A DNA stretch of 64,000 nucleotides from Gammaproteobacteria bacterium (GCA_036000105.1 DASYGE010000007.1:100793-164792); one strand, 5' to 3'; counted from the first letter of the stretch, positions 9,414-18,399 are shown. Numbers and translations are program-made. The notes: generated from the sequence alone by a model not told the origin.

Positions 9414-9674
9414 TTAGGCCTTGCCGCCTTCGAACTTGCCGCCGGCCTTGTCGCAGTCAGCCTTCGTGGTCACCACGAAGCCCTTGCCCTTGCAGGAGTT
9501 CTGGCCTTTGCAGCCATGGTCGAAACTCTTGCAGGAGCTCTGGCCCTTGCAGGAGTTGCCACCCAGACACTTGCCCGTGGCAGCGCTGTCAGCAGCAGTG
9601 GCGAGGGGAGCCAGCACGAACAGGCTGGCGGCGATGGCGGCGATGGCGATACCGGAAACTTTAGTCGTATTCAT
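9414..9674 (-). CDS. bufA2: BufA2-type bufferin RiPP precursor (Sec signal, 6 Cys, CKG repeats)
   Basis: Signal peptide then KCLGGNSCKGQSSCKSFDHGCKGQNSCKGKG...DC; GAGGA RBS; first gene of the DUF692-DUF2063 operon. Confidence 0.85.
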   Translation of the reverse strand: MNTTKVSGIAIAAIAASLFVLAPLATAADSAATGKCLGGNSCKGQSSCKSFDHGCKGQNSCKGKGFVVTTKADCDKAGGKFEGGKA

Positions 9675-10034
9675 GATAGACGTCCTCTAATAGAGTTGGT
9701 TGTTAACACCCGAAACAACATGTTGATACGGATCACTCCACGGTCCGCCAGGGGATCCGGAATCCCCTGGGGGCCCGGTTCACCGTGCGGGGTCACCCGC
9801 ATCTCAGATTGAACCCATATCGTCCAGGTTCATCCTAAGATACGGACTGTCGGGACTCCGGGATGCGGCCTTTGACCCGCAACCTAGTGCATCCACAGGT
9901 ATATGGAAGACCCGGCAGGGCAGTATTTATTACACAATTGTTAGTCTGGCGCCAACATGACATTAACGCCCTGCTATGTTGGCCGCTATTATGTAAGTGG
10001 GGTGGCGGCAAGGAGTTGCCACATGGGTACTTAA

Positions 10035-10053
10035 CCTGAGTAATTAACTCAGG
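10035..10053. promoter_or_regulatory. Perfect inverted repeat, candidate operator
   Basis: CCTGAGT-AATTA-ACTCAGG, 25 bp upstream of the dsbA-like ATG, in the divergent bufA2/dsbA spacer. Confidence 0.4.
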
Positions 10054-10078
10054 ATTTGCCAGCCGGGGAGTCACCACC

Positions 10079-10825
10079 ATGCAAAAGCCAGCCGACGAGG
10101 CCCCTGACCGCTCACGTTATTGGCTGTATGGGGGCATCGCGCTCCTCATCATAGCCATCGTCTATACCGGTATCCTGCTCATCCGCGCCCGGGCCGGCGC
10201 GGCGGATCAGAGCGCCGCGGTGGAAGCCGCCGCCGCCAACGCGCCCCAGGTACAGTTCGTGCCATCCGAGGATGCGGTGGGCGTGAGCATGGGCCAGGCA
10301 GACGCGCCCGTGGTGGTGCGCGAGTTCGCTGATTACCAGTGTCCCGCCTGCGGCACCTTCGAGCCCGCGCTGGAGAAGATGCGCAAGGAATACGTGGACA
10401 CCGGCATGGTGCGGTTCGTGTTCTTCGATTACCCGCTGGATATCCACAAGAACGCCATGTTCGCTTCCCTTGCAGCGCGCTGCGCCGGCTCCCAGGGGCA
10501 TTTCTGGCCCATGCACGATCTGCTCTATGCACGGCAGCAAGACTGGGCCGAGGCGGCGGAGCCCATCGCCAAGTTCCAGTCTTACGCCCAGGAACTCGGT
10601 CTGGATCCCGGCGCGCTGCTCGGTTGCATACGCTCAGGCACTACCCGCCAGGACGTGATGCGCAGCCAGGCCTATGGCGATGCGCTGGGGATCAATGCCA
10701 CGCCGAGTTACGGCGTGAACGGCGCCGGTCGGGCGGGTGCCATGCCCTACGATGAACTCAAGGAGCTCATCGAGCAGCAGTACGCCCTGGCGCACGGCCC
10801 CAAGCCCATCACCCAGAAACCCTGA
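10079..10825 (+). CDS. Membrane-anchored DsbA-family thiol-disulfide oxidoreductase
   Basis: N-terminal TM helix; EFADYQCPAC active site; VRFVFFDYPL; GINATP cis-Pro loop. Confidence 0.85.
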   Translation: MQKPADEAPDRSRYWLYGGIALLIIAIVYTGILLIRARAGAADQSAAVEAAAANAPQVQFVPSEDAVGVSMGQADAPVVVREFADYQCPACGTFEPALEKMRKEYVDTGMVRFVFFDYPLDIHKNAMFASLAARCAGSQGHFWPMHDLLYARQQDWAEAAEPIAKFQSYAQELGLDPGALLGCIRSGTTRQDVMRSQAYGDALGINATPSYGVNGAGRAGAMPYDELKELIEQQYALAHGPKPITQKP

Positions 10826-10833
10826 GGCCGGTC

Positions 10834-11136
10834 ATGGCGGAATACCGTATGCAAGGGAGCGATCTCTACGATCGTAACCGGAACCGCCTGGGATATCTCC
10901 GGGACAGCACCGTGTTCGATGCGGTCAACAGCCGCATGGGTTACGTACGCAACAACGACATCTACGATTCCCTCAACCGGCGTATGGCCTTCGTGCGGGA
11001 CACGGATGTCTATAGCGCCAGCAACAACCGCATGGACAGCCTGGAAAACTTCCGCAAGCGCATCCAGGGCGCGCCGGAGGGACCCATGGCGGTGGCGCTT
11101 TTGATGTTGCTGGTGAGGACCCCGGGCGGGGAATAG
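10834..11136 (+). CDS. Small protein with four 16-aa tandem repeats (beta-flower-like)
   Basis: DLYDRNRNRLGYLRDS / TVFDAVNSRMGYVRNN / DIYDSLNRRMAFVRDT / DVYSASNNRMD, then a hydrophobic C-terminal helix. Confidence 0.6.
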   Translation: MAEYRMQGSDLYDRNRNRLGYLRDSTVFDAVNSRMGYVRNNDIYDSLNRRMAFVRDTDVYSASNNRMDSLENFRKRIQGAPEGPMAVALLMLLVRTPGGE

Positions 11137-11142
11137 TTTCAG

Positions 11143-11571
11143 CTAGCGCGCGCGCGCCTTGATGCAGGCGAGATAGGCCTGTTCGTCAGGAAGGCGATTC
11201 TCCCGTTGCGCACGCCACAGGGCTTCTCCCAGGCATTCCAGCATCGTGTGTTCCGCAGCGTGGGCATCGCCGGTGTGGATCAGCAGTGCACTGTGGGCCG
11301 CCTTGATGCCGGCCGGCCGGTCTATGGAGAGTTGCTCGCGGATGGCGATGTGCATGCCCATATGCAGGAAGGGATTGGTCTCGCCGCCTTCCGGCAGCCA
11401 ATCCTTGTCCAGGGTCTCGCCGCCGTCTTCCAGCAGCGGATGGTATTCCGGATGCAGGCGGATCACCTCGGCGATGATGGTCTCCAGCGCCGTCATGGGC
11501 AGACCGTCCTGCATCTTCTTCCAGGCGTCGAAGAACGGTTGGCGCGTGTCGCTGCGGTTAGTGGAGTACAT
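11143..11571 (-). CDS. DUF1841 family protein
   Basis: R.FFDAWKK...LE...HPEYH...NPFLHMGMHIAIREQLSIDRP...H...ECL. Confidence 0.85.
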   Translation of the reverse strand: MYSTNRSDTRQPFFDAWKKMQDGLPMTALETIIAEVIRLHPEYHPLLEDGGETLDKDWLPEGGETNPFLHMGMHIAIREQLSIDRPAGIKAAHSALLIHTGDAHAAEHTMLECLGEALWRAQRENRLPDEQAYLACIKARAR

Positions 11572-11582
11572 GGAAGAAGATT

Positions 11583-12275
11583 CTAACGCTTGCGCGCTTC
11601 GACGGGTTTCTTCTTCCCCAGGTTCAGGGGCACTTTCGGTTCCGGCTTGGTCTTCTGCCGGTACTCACATAGGTCGGCGATGATGCAGCGAGGGCATTCG
11701 GGCTTGCGGGCTTTACATACATAGCGCCCGTGCAGGATCAGCCAGTGATGGGCGTCCTGCTTGTACTCATCCGGCGTGAACTTCACCAGACGGTCTTCCA
11801 CTTCCCGTTCATCCTTACCCGGCGCGAGTCCCGTGCGGTTACCTACCCGGAAGATATGGGTGTCCACGGCGATGGTGGGTTCGCCGAAGGCGGTGTTCAG
11901 TACCACGTTGGCGGTCTTGCGACCGACTCCCGGCAATGCTTCCAGGGCCACCCGGTCCCGGGGCACTTCACCGCCGTGCTGCTCCAGCAGCATCTGGGCC
12001 GCGGCGATGATGTTCTTGGCCTTGGTGTTATAGAGGCCGATAGTCTTGATATAAGGTTTGAGTCCGGCTTCACCAAGCTTGAGCATGGCAGCGGGGGTAT
12101 TGGCCACGGGATAGAGCTTCAGCGTGGCTGCATTCACGCTCTTGTCCGTGGCCTGGGCTGAGAGGGTCACGGATACCAGGAGTTCGTAAGGCGTCTGGTA
12201 TTCCAGTTCCGTGGTGGGTTTGGGGTTCGCCGCTTTGAGCCGGCGATAGATCTCCGCGCGTTTCCCGGGGTTCAT
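11583..12275 (-). CDS. nth: Endonuclease III
   Basis: LSAQATD, HhH LPGVGRKTANVV, AVDTH, C-terminal CKARKPECPRCIIADLC Fe-S motif. Confidence 0.95.
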   Translation of the reverse strand: MNPGKRAEIYRRLKAANPKPTTELEYQTPYELLVSVTLSAQATDKSVNAATLKLYPVANTPAAMLKLGEAGLKPYIKTIGLYNTKAKNIIAAAQMLLEQHGGEVPRDRVALEALPGVGRKTANVVLNTAFGEPTIAVDTHIFRVGNRTGLAPGKDEREVEDRLVKFTPDEYKQDAHHWLILHGRYVCKARKPECPRCIIADLCEYRQKTKPEPKVPLNLGKKKPVEARKR

Positions 12276-12276
12276 A

Positions 12277-12909
12277 TCAATGTTTCCCCGGTGCAGATTG
12301 CGCACGTTTTGCCCTGACTCGGGCCACCGCTGCCGCGATCTCTGCTTTTCGGTCTGCCACGGCGCTGCGTTGTGCCGCCCGCTCGCGACGCGCTTCCCGT
12401 TCCATGCTTAGCCGTTCGCCATGCTGGTGATAGCGTCCACGTAATGCATCGGCGCGATCGGGTCCACCCTGGGGGAACTGCCAGCCTTCATAGCCTTCGG
12501 TCACACCCTGGACAGGGGTGAGGCGTATGCAATCCACGGGGCAGGGGGGCAGGCAGAGTTCGCAACCCGTGCAGAGGGCCTCCACCACCGTGTGCATGAG
12601 TTTGGGCCCGCCCAAGATGGCATCTACCGGGCAGGCACTGATGCATTTGGTGCAGCCTAAGCAGAGGGGTTCGTCGATGAAGGCCACGGTGCCGCTGATG
12701 AAGACGCCCACTTCCGGATCCAGTTCGCGGACCGTGCGCCGCAGCAAAGCTGAGAGCGCCTGCAGGGTCTCATGTCCGCCCGGCGGGCAGCGGTCTATAG
12801 CGGTCTGATCAGCGGCTATGGCTTCTGCATAAGCACGGCAATCGGGGTAGCCGCAGCGGGTGCATTGGGTCTGCGGAAGCAGGGCGTCGATTTCGTCTAC
12901 CGTGGCCAC
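12277..12909 (-). CDS. rsxB: Standalone RsxB/RnfB-like ferredoxin
   Basis: [14 protein letters not shown]...CPPGG plus two 4Fe-4S motifs; no other rnf genes in the window. Confidence 0.85.
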   Translation of the reverse strand: MATVDEIDALLPQTQCTRCGYPDCRAYAEAIAADQTAIDRCPPGGHETLQALSALLRRTVRELDPEVGVFISGTVAFIDEPLCLGCTKCISACPVDAILGGPKLMHTVVEALCTGCELCLPPCPVDCIRLTPVQGVTEGYEGWQFPQGGPDRADALRGRYHQHGERLSMEREARRERAAQRSAVADRKAEIAAAVARVRAKRAQSAPGKH

Positions 12910-12921
12910 GGCAGGGGAAGC

Positions 12922-14976
12922 TTACTTGACCTTCATCCCGGGTTGCGCGCCGGCGTGGGGTTCGAGTATCCAGAGGTCCTTGCCGCCCGGCCCCGCCGCC
13001 AACACCATGCCTTCGGACATGCCGAACTTCATCTTGCGCGGCGCCAGGTTCGCCACCATCACTGTGAGCTTGCCTTCCAGTTGCTCCGGCGCATAGGCAC
13101 TCTTGATGCCGGCGAACACGTTGCGCGTGCCGTCGCCGAGGTCCAGCGTCAGTCGCAGGAGCTTGTCGGCCCCCTCCACGTGTTCCGCCTTGGCGATGCG
13201 CGCGATGCGCAGATCGATCTTGGCGAAATCCTCGTAGCTGATCTCGGCGGTGATGGGATCCATGTTCGATGCCTTCTGGGTGGTTTTCGCCAAGTCTTCC
13301 TTTGAAGCTTCGACCATAATTTGAATTGCTTTAGGGTCAACTCGAATCATTAATGGTTCGTATGGGCGTATTTTCTCAGATGGATATTCATTTAAATGCG
13401 CAAAATCTAGCTTGCCTTCTAGATTTAAGAACCGCGCGACATTATCGGCAAATTTCGGCATCACTGGCTTTAGATAGATAGTCAAAATGCGAAATGCATT
13501 GATTGCAAGACTGCAAATTTCATGCAATGCCTCTTTGGCATCCGGACGTTTCGCAAGTTCCCAGGGCTTATGTTTATCTATTGTCTGATTAATGTAGTCA
13601 GCAAGCCGCATCACCTCACGAATTACGACAGCGTATTCACGGTCCTCATAAGCACGAGATATTTCTTCTTCAGCAACTAGCAAGACTCCTGCAATTACAT
13701 CGATACTCACATCTGATTTTCCAACGTCATCTTTTGGCTTGGCCAACTTCCCATCAAAGTTTTTAGTTATGAAGCCCGCGCAGCGGCTCGCGATGTTCAC
13801 CAGCTTGCCCACCAGGTCCGAGTTAACCCGCTGCAAGAAATCTTCCAGGTTGAGATCGATGTCGTCTATGCCCGGGCCGAACTTGGCGGCGAAGTAATAG
13901 CGCAGGTATTCGGGCTCGAGGCCAGCATCCAGATAGGTCCGGCCCTTGATGAAGGTGCCCCGGGACTTGGACATCTTCTGTCCGTTCACCGTCAGGAAGC
14001 CGTGGGCGTATACCGCAGTAGGCGTGCGGAACCCTGCGCCCTCCAGCATGGCCGGCCAGAACAACGAATGGAAATAGATGATGTCCTTGCCGATGAAGTG
14101 GTACACCTCTTTGGTGCTGCCCTTCTTCCAGTAGGAATCGAAGTCCAGGTCCTTGCGCCGGGCGCAGAGGTTCTTGAAACTCGCCATGTAGCCGATGGGC
14201 GCATCCAGCCACACATAGAAATACTTGCCCGGCGCATCGGGTATCTCGAAGCCGAAGTAGGGCGCGTCGCGGGAGATGTCCCAGTCCTGCAGGCCGGCGG
14301 CGAACCACTCATCCAGCTTGCGCGTCACCGCCTCGTGCAGGTGCCCAGCACGGGTCCATTCGTGCAGCATCTTGTCGAAGTCGCCCAGCTTGAAGAAGTA
14401 ATGCTCGGATTCCCGTTCCACCGGACGGGTGCCGGAGATCACCGACACCGGGTTCTTGAGGTCCGCGGGGCTATAGGTGGCGCCGCAGTTCTCGCAGGAA
14501 TCGCCGTACTGGTCCGGCGTGGCGCAGCGCGGGCAGGTGCCCTTGATGAAACGGTCCGGCAGGAACATCTTCGCCTGCTCGTCATAGAACTGGCGGATGG
14601 TACGCACCGCGATGTGGCTCGGCTTCGCGTCCCGCAGGTTCTTGTATATCAGCGTCGCCAGCTCCCGGTTCTCCGGGGTGTGGGTGCTGTGGTAGTTATC
14701 GAAACTGATCAGGAAATCCTTGAAGTCCCGCTCGTGCTCCACCTTGACCCCGGCGATCAGTTCCTCCGGGGTGATGCCGAGTTCCCGCGCCTTCAGCATG
14801 ATGGGTGTGCCATGGGCATCGTCGGCGCACACATAGATGCAGTCCCGCCCGGCCATCTTCTGGTAGCGCACCCAGATGTCCGTGGAGATATAGCCCACCA
14901 GATGGCCCAGATGGATGGAGCCGTTGGCGTAGGGCAGGGCGTAGGTGACTAGGATGTCGCGGTCTTTCTGCGGCAT
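12922..14976 (-). CDS. metG: Methionyl-tRNA synthetase with C-terminal tRNA-binding domain
   Basis: [13 protein letters not shown], zinc knuckle, KMSKS, C-terminal Trbp111-like domain. Confidence 0.97.
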   Translation of the reverse strand: MPQKDRDILVTYALPYANGSIHLGHLVGYISTDIWVRYQKMAGRDCIYVCADDAHGTPIMLKARELGITPEELIAGVKVEHERDFKDFLISFDNYHSTHTPENRELATLIYKNLRDAKPSHIAVRTIRQFYDEQAKMFLPDRFIKGTCPRCATPDQYGDSCENCGATYSPADLKNPVSVISGTRPVERESEHYFFKLGDFDKMLHEWTRAGHLHEAVTRKLDEWFAAGLQDWDISRDAPYFGFEIPDAPGKYFYVWLDAPIGYMASFKNLCARRKDLDFDSYWKKGSTKEVYHFIGKDIIYFHSLFWPAMLEGAGFRTPTAVYAHGFLTVNGQKMSKSRGTFIKGRTYLDAGLEPEYLRYYFAAKFGPGIDDIDLNLEDFLQRVNSDLVGKLVNIASRCAGFITKNFDGKLAKPKDDVGKSDVSIDVIAGVLLVAEEEISRAYEDREYAVVIREVMRLADYINQTIDKHKPWELAKRPDAKEALHEICSLAINAFRILTIYLKPVMPKFADNVARFLNLEGKLDFAHLNEYPSEKIRPYEPLMIRVDPKAIQIMVEASKEDLAKTTQKASNMDPITAEISYEDFAKIDLRIARIAKAEHVEGADKLLRLTLDLGDGTRNVFAGIKSAYAPEQLEGKLTVMVANLAPRKMKFGMSEGMVLAAGPGGKDLWILEPHAGAQPGMKVK
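13295..13770 (-). other. AT-rich in-frame patch within metG (anticodon-binding domain)
   Basis: Hand counts 23/60, 24/60, 24/60 GC (lines 13321, 13381, 13681) versus 41/60 and 37/60 in flanks (13141, 13861); A/T-ending codons dominate. Confidence 0.85.
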
Positions 14977-15110
14977 GGGCGGGTTCGATCTGCTTCTTAT
15001 GCTGCCGGTAGGCGGGCGTGGAATTATGCCATAGCCCCGCTGCCGGTCCTTGGGGTCGGAGCCGGGATGCTAGAATGCGCCGCCATCCCATCCGAACCCG
15101 CGACCATCGC

Positions 15111-16199
15111 ATGACAGCTGTTTCCCGGGACCGCGTCGAGGCGGCCCTCAAAGCCTGGACCGAACCCCACCTGGGCACGGATCTCGTGACCGCGGGGGCG
15201 GTGCGTGGCATCGAAGTGGACGGCGGCAAGGTCAGCGTCGATGTGGATCCAGGTTTCCCCCTGGGGGCCTACCGCGAAGCCTTGGCGACCGAGCTGCGCA
15301 AGCTGCTGCAGGCCGTGCCCGGTGTCGAGCGGGCCGAAGTGCGGGTCGGCAACGCCATCCTGTCCCACGCGGTGCAGCGCAACCTCACGCCGCTCCCCGG
15401 CATCAAGAACGTCATCGCCGTGGCTTCCGGCAAGGGCGGCGTGGGTAAGTCCACCGTCGCCGTGAACTTGGCGCTCGCTCTCGCCACCGATGGCGCCACT
15501 GTCGGTATCTTGGATGCAGACATCTACGGCCCGAGCCAGCCGCGCATGCTGGGACTCACAGGCCGGCCCAACAGCAAGGACGGCAAGCACATCGAGCCCA
15601 TGCAGGCTTACGGCGTGAAATGCATGTCCATCGGCTTCCTCATCGATGCCGAGACGCCCATGGTCTGGCGCGGTCCCATGGTCACCCAGGCCTTGGTGCA
15701 GCTCATCCGCGAGACCCTCTGGGGTGATCTCGATTACCTCATCGTGGACATGCCGCCGGGCACCGGCGACATCCAACTCACGCTCTCCCAGCAGGTGCCG
15801 GTCTCCGGCGCCGTGATCGTCACCACGCCCCAGGAGATCGCACTGCTGGATGCCCGCAAGGGCCTCAAGATGTTCCAGAAGGTGGAAGTGAACGTCCTCG
15901 GGGTGGTGGAGAACATGAGTACCCATGTGTGCAGCCACTGCGGCCACGAGGAACACATCTTCGGTACCGGCGGCGGCCAGAGCCTCGCCGCCCAATACCA
16001 GGTGCCCTTCCTCGGCAGCCTGCCTCTCGAACTCAGGATCCGTGAGCAGACCGATGCCGGTCGCCCCACGGTGGTATCGGAACCCGAGAGCAGCGTCGCG
16101 GCGCGCTACCGGGACATCGCACGGCGCGCCACGGCGCGCTTGGCGCTCGCCGGCAAGGATTACGCGGGGGCATTCCCCAAGATCGTCATAGAAGATTGA
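15111..16199 (+). CDS. apbC: Fe-S cluster carrier ApbC/Mrp
   Basis: ASGKGGVGKST, DADIYGPS, WRGPM, DMPPGTGD, CSHC; divergent from metG. Confidence 0.95.
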   Translation: MTAVSRDRVEAALKAWTEPHLGTDLVTAGAVRGIEVDGGKVSVDVDPGFPLGAYREALATELRKLLQAVPGVERAEVRVGNAILSHAVQRNLTPLPGIKNVIAVASGKGGVGKSTVAVNLALALATDGATVGILDADIYGPSQPRMLGLTGRPNSKDGKHIEPMQAYGVKCMSIGFLIDAETPMVWRGPMVTQALVQLIRETLWGDLDYLIVDMPPGTGDIQLTLSQQVPVSGAVIVTTPQEIALLDARKGLKMFQKVEVNVLGVVENMSTHVCSHCGHEEHIFGTGGGQSLAAQYQVPFLGSLPLELRIREQTDAGRPTVVSEPESSVAARYRDIARRATARLALAGKDYAGAFPKIVIED

Positions 16200-16346
16200 A
16201 GGCACCTCTAAAAATGGATCTTTTGTCCCCCCCGGCTGCGTTAAAAATGTCCTCGGAGTCCTCATGTACTGGCATGTACACTCCGGCTCCTCGGACATTT
16301 TTGCCTTGCCGTAGGAGCAAAATCTCCGATTTTTAGAGGCACCTTC
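16198..16346. repeat. Nested-palindromic MITE-like element, copy 1
   Basis: Terminal IR GAAGG..CCTCTAAAAAT / ATTTTTAGAGG..CCTTC; inner AAAAATGTCC/GGACATTTTT arms; starts inside the apbC TGA. Confidence 0.7.
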
Positions 16347-16405
16347 CAATCGTTTAGTGCGGATTGCCTGGAATTCACGACAGCCATTAAACAAGAGAAG
16401 CATCC

Positions 16406-16972
16406 ATGAGCATCAAAGCAGACAAGTGGATCCGGCGTATGGCCGAGAAGCACGGGATGATCGAGCCTTTCGAGCCCGGCCAGGTGCGGCAGAACGCCGG
16501 CGGCAAGATCGTATCCTACGGCACCTCGAGCTACGGCTACGACGTACGCTGCGCCGATGAGTTCAAGATCTTCACCAACATCAACAGCACCATCGTGGAT
16601 CCCAAGAAGTTCGACGAGCGCAGCTTCGTGGATTTCAAGGGCGATTGCTGCGTGATCCCACCCAACTCCTTCGCCCTGGCGCGTACCGTGGAGTTCTTCC
16701 GCATCCCGCGCAGCGTGCTCACGGTGTGCCTGGGCAAATCCACCTATGCCCGCTGCGGCATCATCGTGAACGTGACCCCGCTGGAACCGGAGTGGGAAGG
16801 TCATGTGACGCTGGAGTTCTCCAACACCACGCCGCTGCCCGCCAAGATCTACGCCAACGAAGGCGTGGCCCAGATGCTGTTCCTGGAGTCCGACGAGATC
16901 TGCGAGACGTCTTATAAGGACAGGGGCGGCAAGTACCAGGGCCAGAAAGGCGTCACGCTACCAAAGACGTGA
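16406..16972 (+). CDS. dcd: dCTP deaminase
   Basis: [32 protein letters not shown] motifs. Confidence 0.96.
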   Translation: MSIKADKWIRRMAEKHGMIEPFEPGQVRQNAGGKIVSYGTSSYGYDVRCADEFKIFTNINSTIVDPKKFDERSFVDFKGDCCVIPPNSFALARTVEFFRIPRSVLTVCLGKSTYARCGIIVNVTPLEPEWEGHVTLEFSNTTPLPAKIYANEGVAQMLFLESDEICETSYKDRGGKYQGQKGVTLPKT

Positions 16973-16978
16973 CGACCG

Positions 16979-17734
16979 TCATTTCTTTGTCGTGGCGGCT
17001 GCCGGTGCAGGGCTGCCGAAGGCGATGTCGTCCAGCGACAGGGTGATGGTGGCCTTGCCCGGTTCTGTCTGCTGTATCTGCAGCAGCAGGTAATGGAACG
17101 TCGGCGCGAGCCACACGGTGATAGTCCGTCCCTTCGTCGGCTCTTTCAGTTCCAGCACCGTGGCATCCACCTGTACCTTGCCCACCTTCATCTTCTGGTC
17201 CGGCAGTTTGTGCGGCGTGTAGCTGGTGATGGAGCCATGATCCAGGAGCTTGTAGCCATCCGCCAGCTTCCCGGAGGCGACATCCGCCGCCAGGATCAGC
17301 TGGATCAGGAACACGTCGCTCACCTCGGGAGTGAGCGGGTTCTTGCGCTTATGGCCGTCATCCTCGCCCTGAGCGACGGGCTTGCTCCAATCGAACTGGA
17401 TGGAATCGGATTTCTTGTCTTTGCCGGTCTGGACGTAGCTGTATCCCAGCGAGCGCGGCCGCCCGTCCTTGAGTTCGAACTGGCTTCTCTGTGTGACCGT
17501 GACGTCGCCGGCGAACAGCGCAGCGAGGCCGGTAGTCTCGGAGTTGGAGGTGTAGGTATAGCGGCCCCCACCATCCTGCACCAGGCTAAAGTGGGATACA
17601 CCCAGGGTCAGGCTGTTGCGCGCCAGGGTGTAATCGGCGTGATAGGGCGCGAGCACGTCGCTGCCTGCCCGCGCGTCCACCGCGAGCAATAGTCCGCAGG
17701 CCAGAGCGATCGTCCCTGCTTTCAGGTTCTTCAT
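16979..17734 (-). CDS. DUF3108 domain-containing exported protein
   Basis: Signal peptide; beta-rich LolA/LolB-like pattern, ITVWLAP..HYLLLQI; usual position after purN. Confidence 0.7.
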   Translation of the reverse strand: MKNLKAGTIALACGLLLAVDARAGSDVLAPYHADYTLARNSLTLGVSHFSLVQDGGGRYTYTSNSETTGLAALFAGDVTVTQRSQFELKDGRPRSLGYSYVQTGKDKKSDSIQFDWSKPVAQGEDDGHKRKNPLTPEVSDVFLIQLILAADVASGKLADGYKLLDHGSITSYTPHKLPDQKMKVGKVQVDATVLELKEPTKGRTITVWLAPTFHYLLLQIQQTEPGKATITLSLDDIAFGSPAPAAATTKK

Positions 17735-18399
17735 GCTGAGTCCCTTTCTTTCCATGGAAATATTCTTGGCATGGTGAGGGGTGCGCCGTCAAACATGACA
17801 TGCCCGCCCTCGAATCCCAGGCGGCCTTCTGCGTACCAGCCGATCACCCGGGGGTAGAGTTCGTGTTCGCGCCGCTGCACCCGGGTCCGGAGCGCGGCCT
17901 CGTCGTCACCGTCCAGCACCGGTACCTCCGCCTGGGCGATCACCGCGCCACTGTCCAGTTCTTCGGTGACGAAGTGCACGCTGCAACCGTGCAGCCTGTC
18001 GCCCGCTTCCAGCGCGCGGCGGTGGGTGTGCAGGCCGCGGTATTTCGGCAGCAGCGAGGGATGGATGTTGAGCATATGTCCCAGGTGACGGCGCACGAAG
18101 CCGGGACCGAGGATGCGCATGAATCCGGCCAACGCCACGAGCTCCGGCGCATGCCGATCCACGGCACGGATGAGGGCCGTATCGTAAGCATCCTTGTCAG
18201 GGAATTCCGCCGGCGTCACGATCTCTATTGGCACATCTGCTTTACGGGCCCGCTTCAGAGCTTCCGCTTCAGGCCGGTCGCTCACCACGGCGCGCACCTG
18301 CACGGGCAGGGTGCCCGCAGCGGCATGCTCGAGTATCGCCTGGAGATTGCTGCCGAACCCCGAGACCAGCACCACCACCGGTGCCTTGGCGGCTGACAT
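17731..18399 (-). CDS. purN: Phosphoribosylglycinamide formyltransferase
   Basis: VSGFGSNLQ, LAGFMRIL, NIHPSLLP, GCSVHFV. Confidence 0.95.
   Translation of the reverse strand: MSAAKAPVVVLVSGFGSNLQAILEHAAAGTLPVQVRAVVSDRPEAEALKRARKADVPIEIVTPAEFPDKDAYDTALIRAVDRHAPELVALAGFMRILGPGFVRRHLGHMLNIHPSLLPKYRGLHTHRRALEAGDRLHGCSVHFVTEELDSGAVIAQAEVPVLDGDDEAALRTRVQRREHELYPRVIGWYAEGRLGFEGGHVMFDGAPLTMPRIFPWKERDSA

Noticed and set aside
9871-9906. TTGACC followed by ACCT-N11-AGGT, a possible CueR/MerR promoter near the bufferin island
   Set aside because: Dyad spacing is shorter than the CueR consensus (ACCTTCC-N7-GGAAGGT) and the -35/-10 spacing of 22 nt is too long
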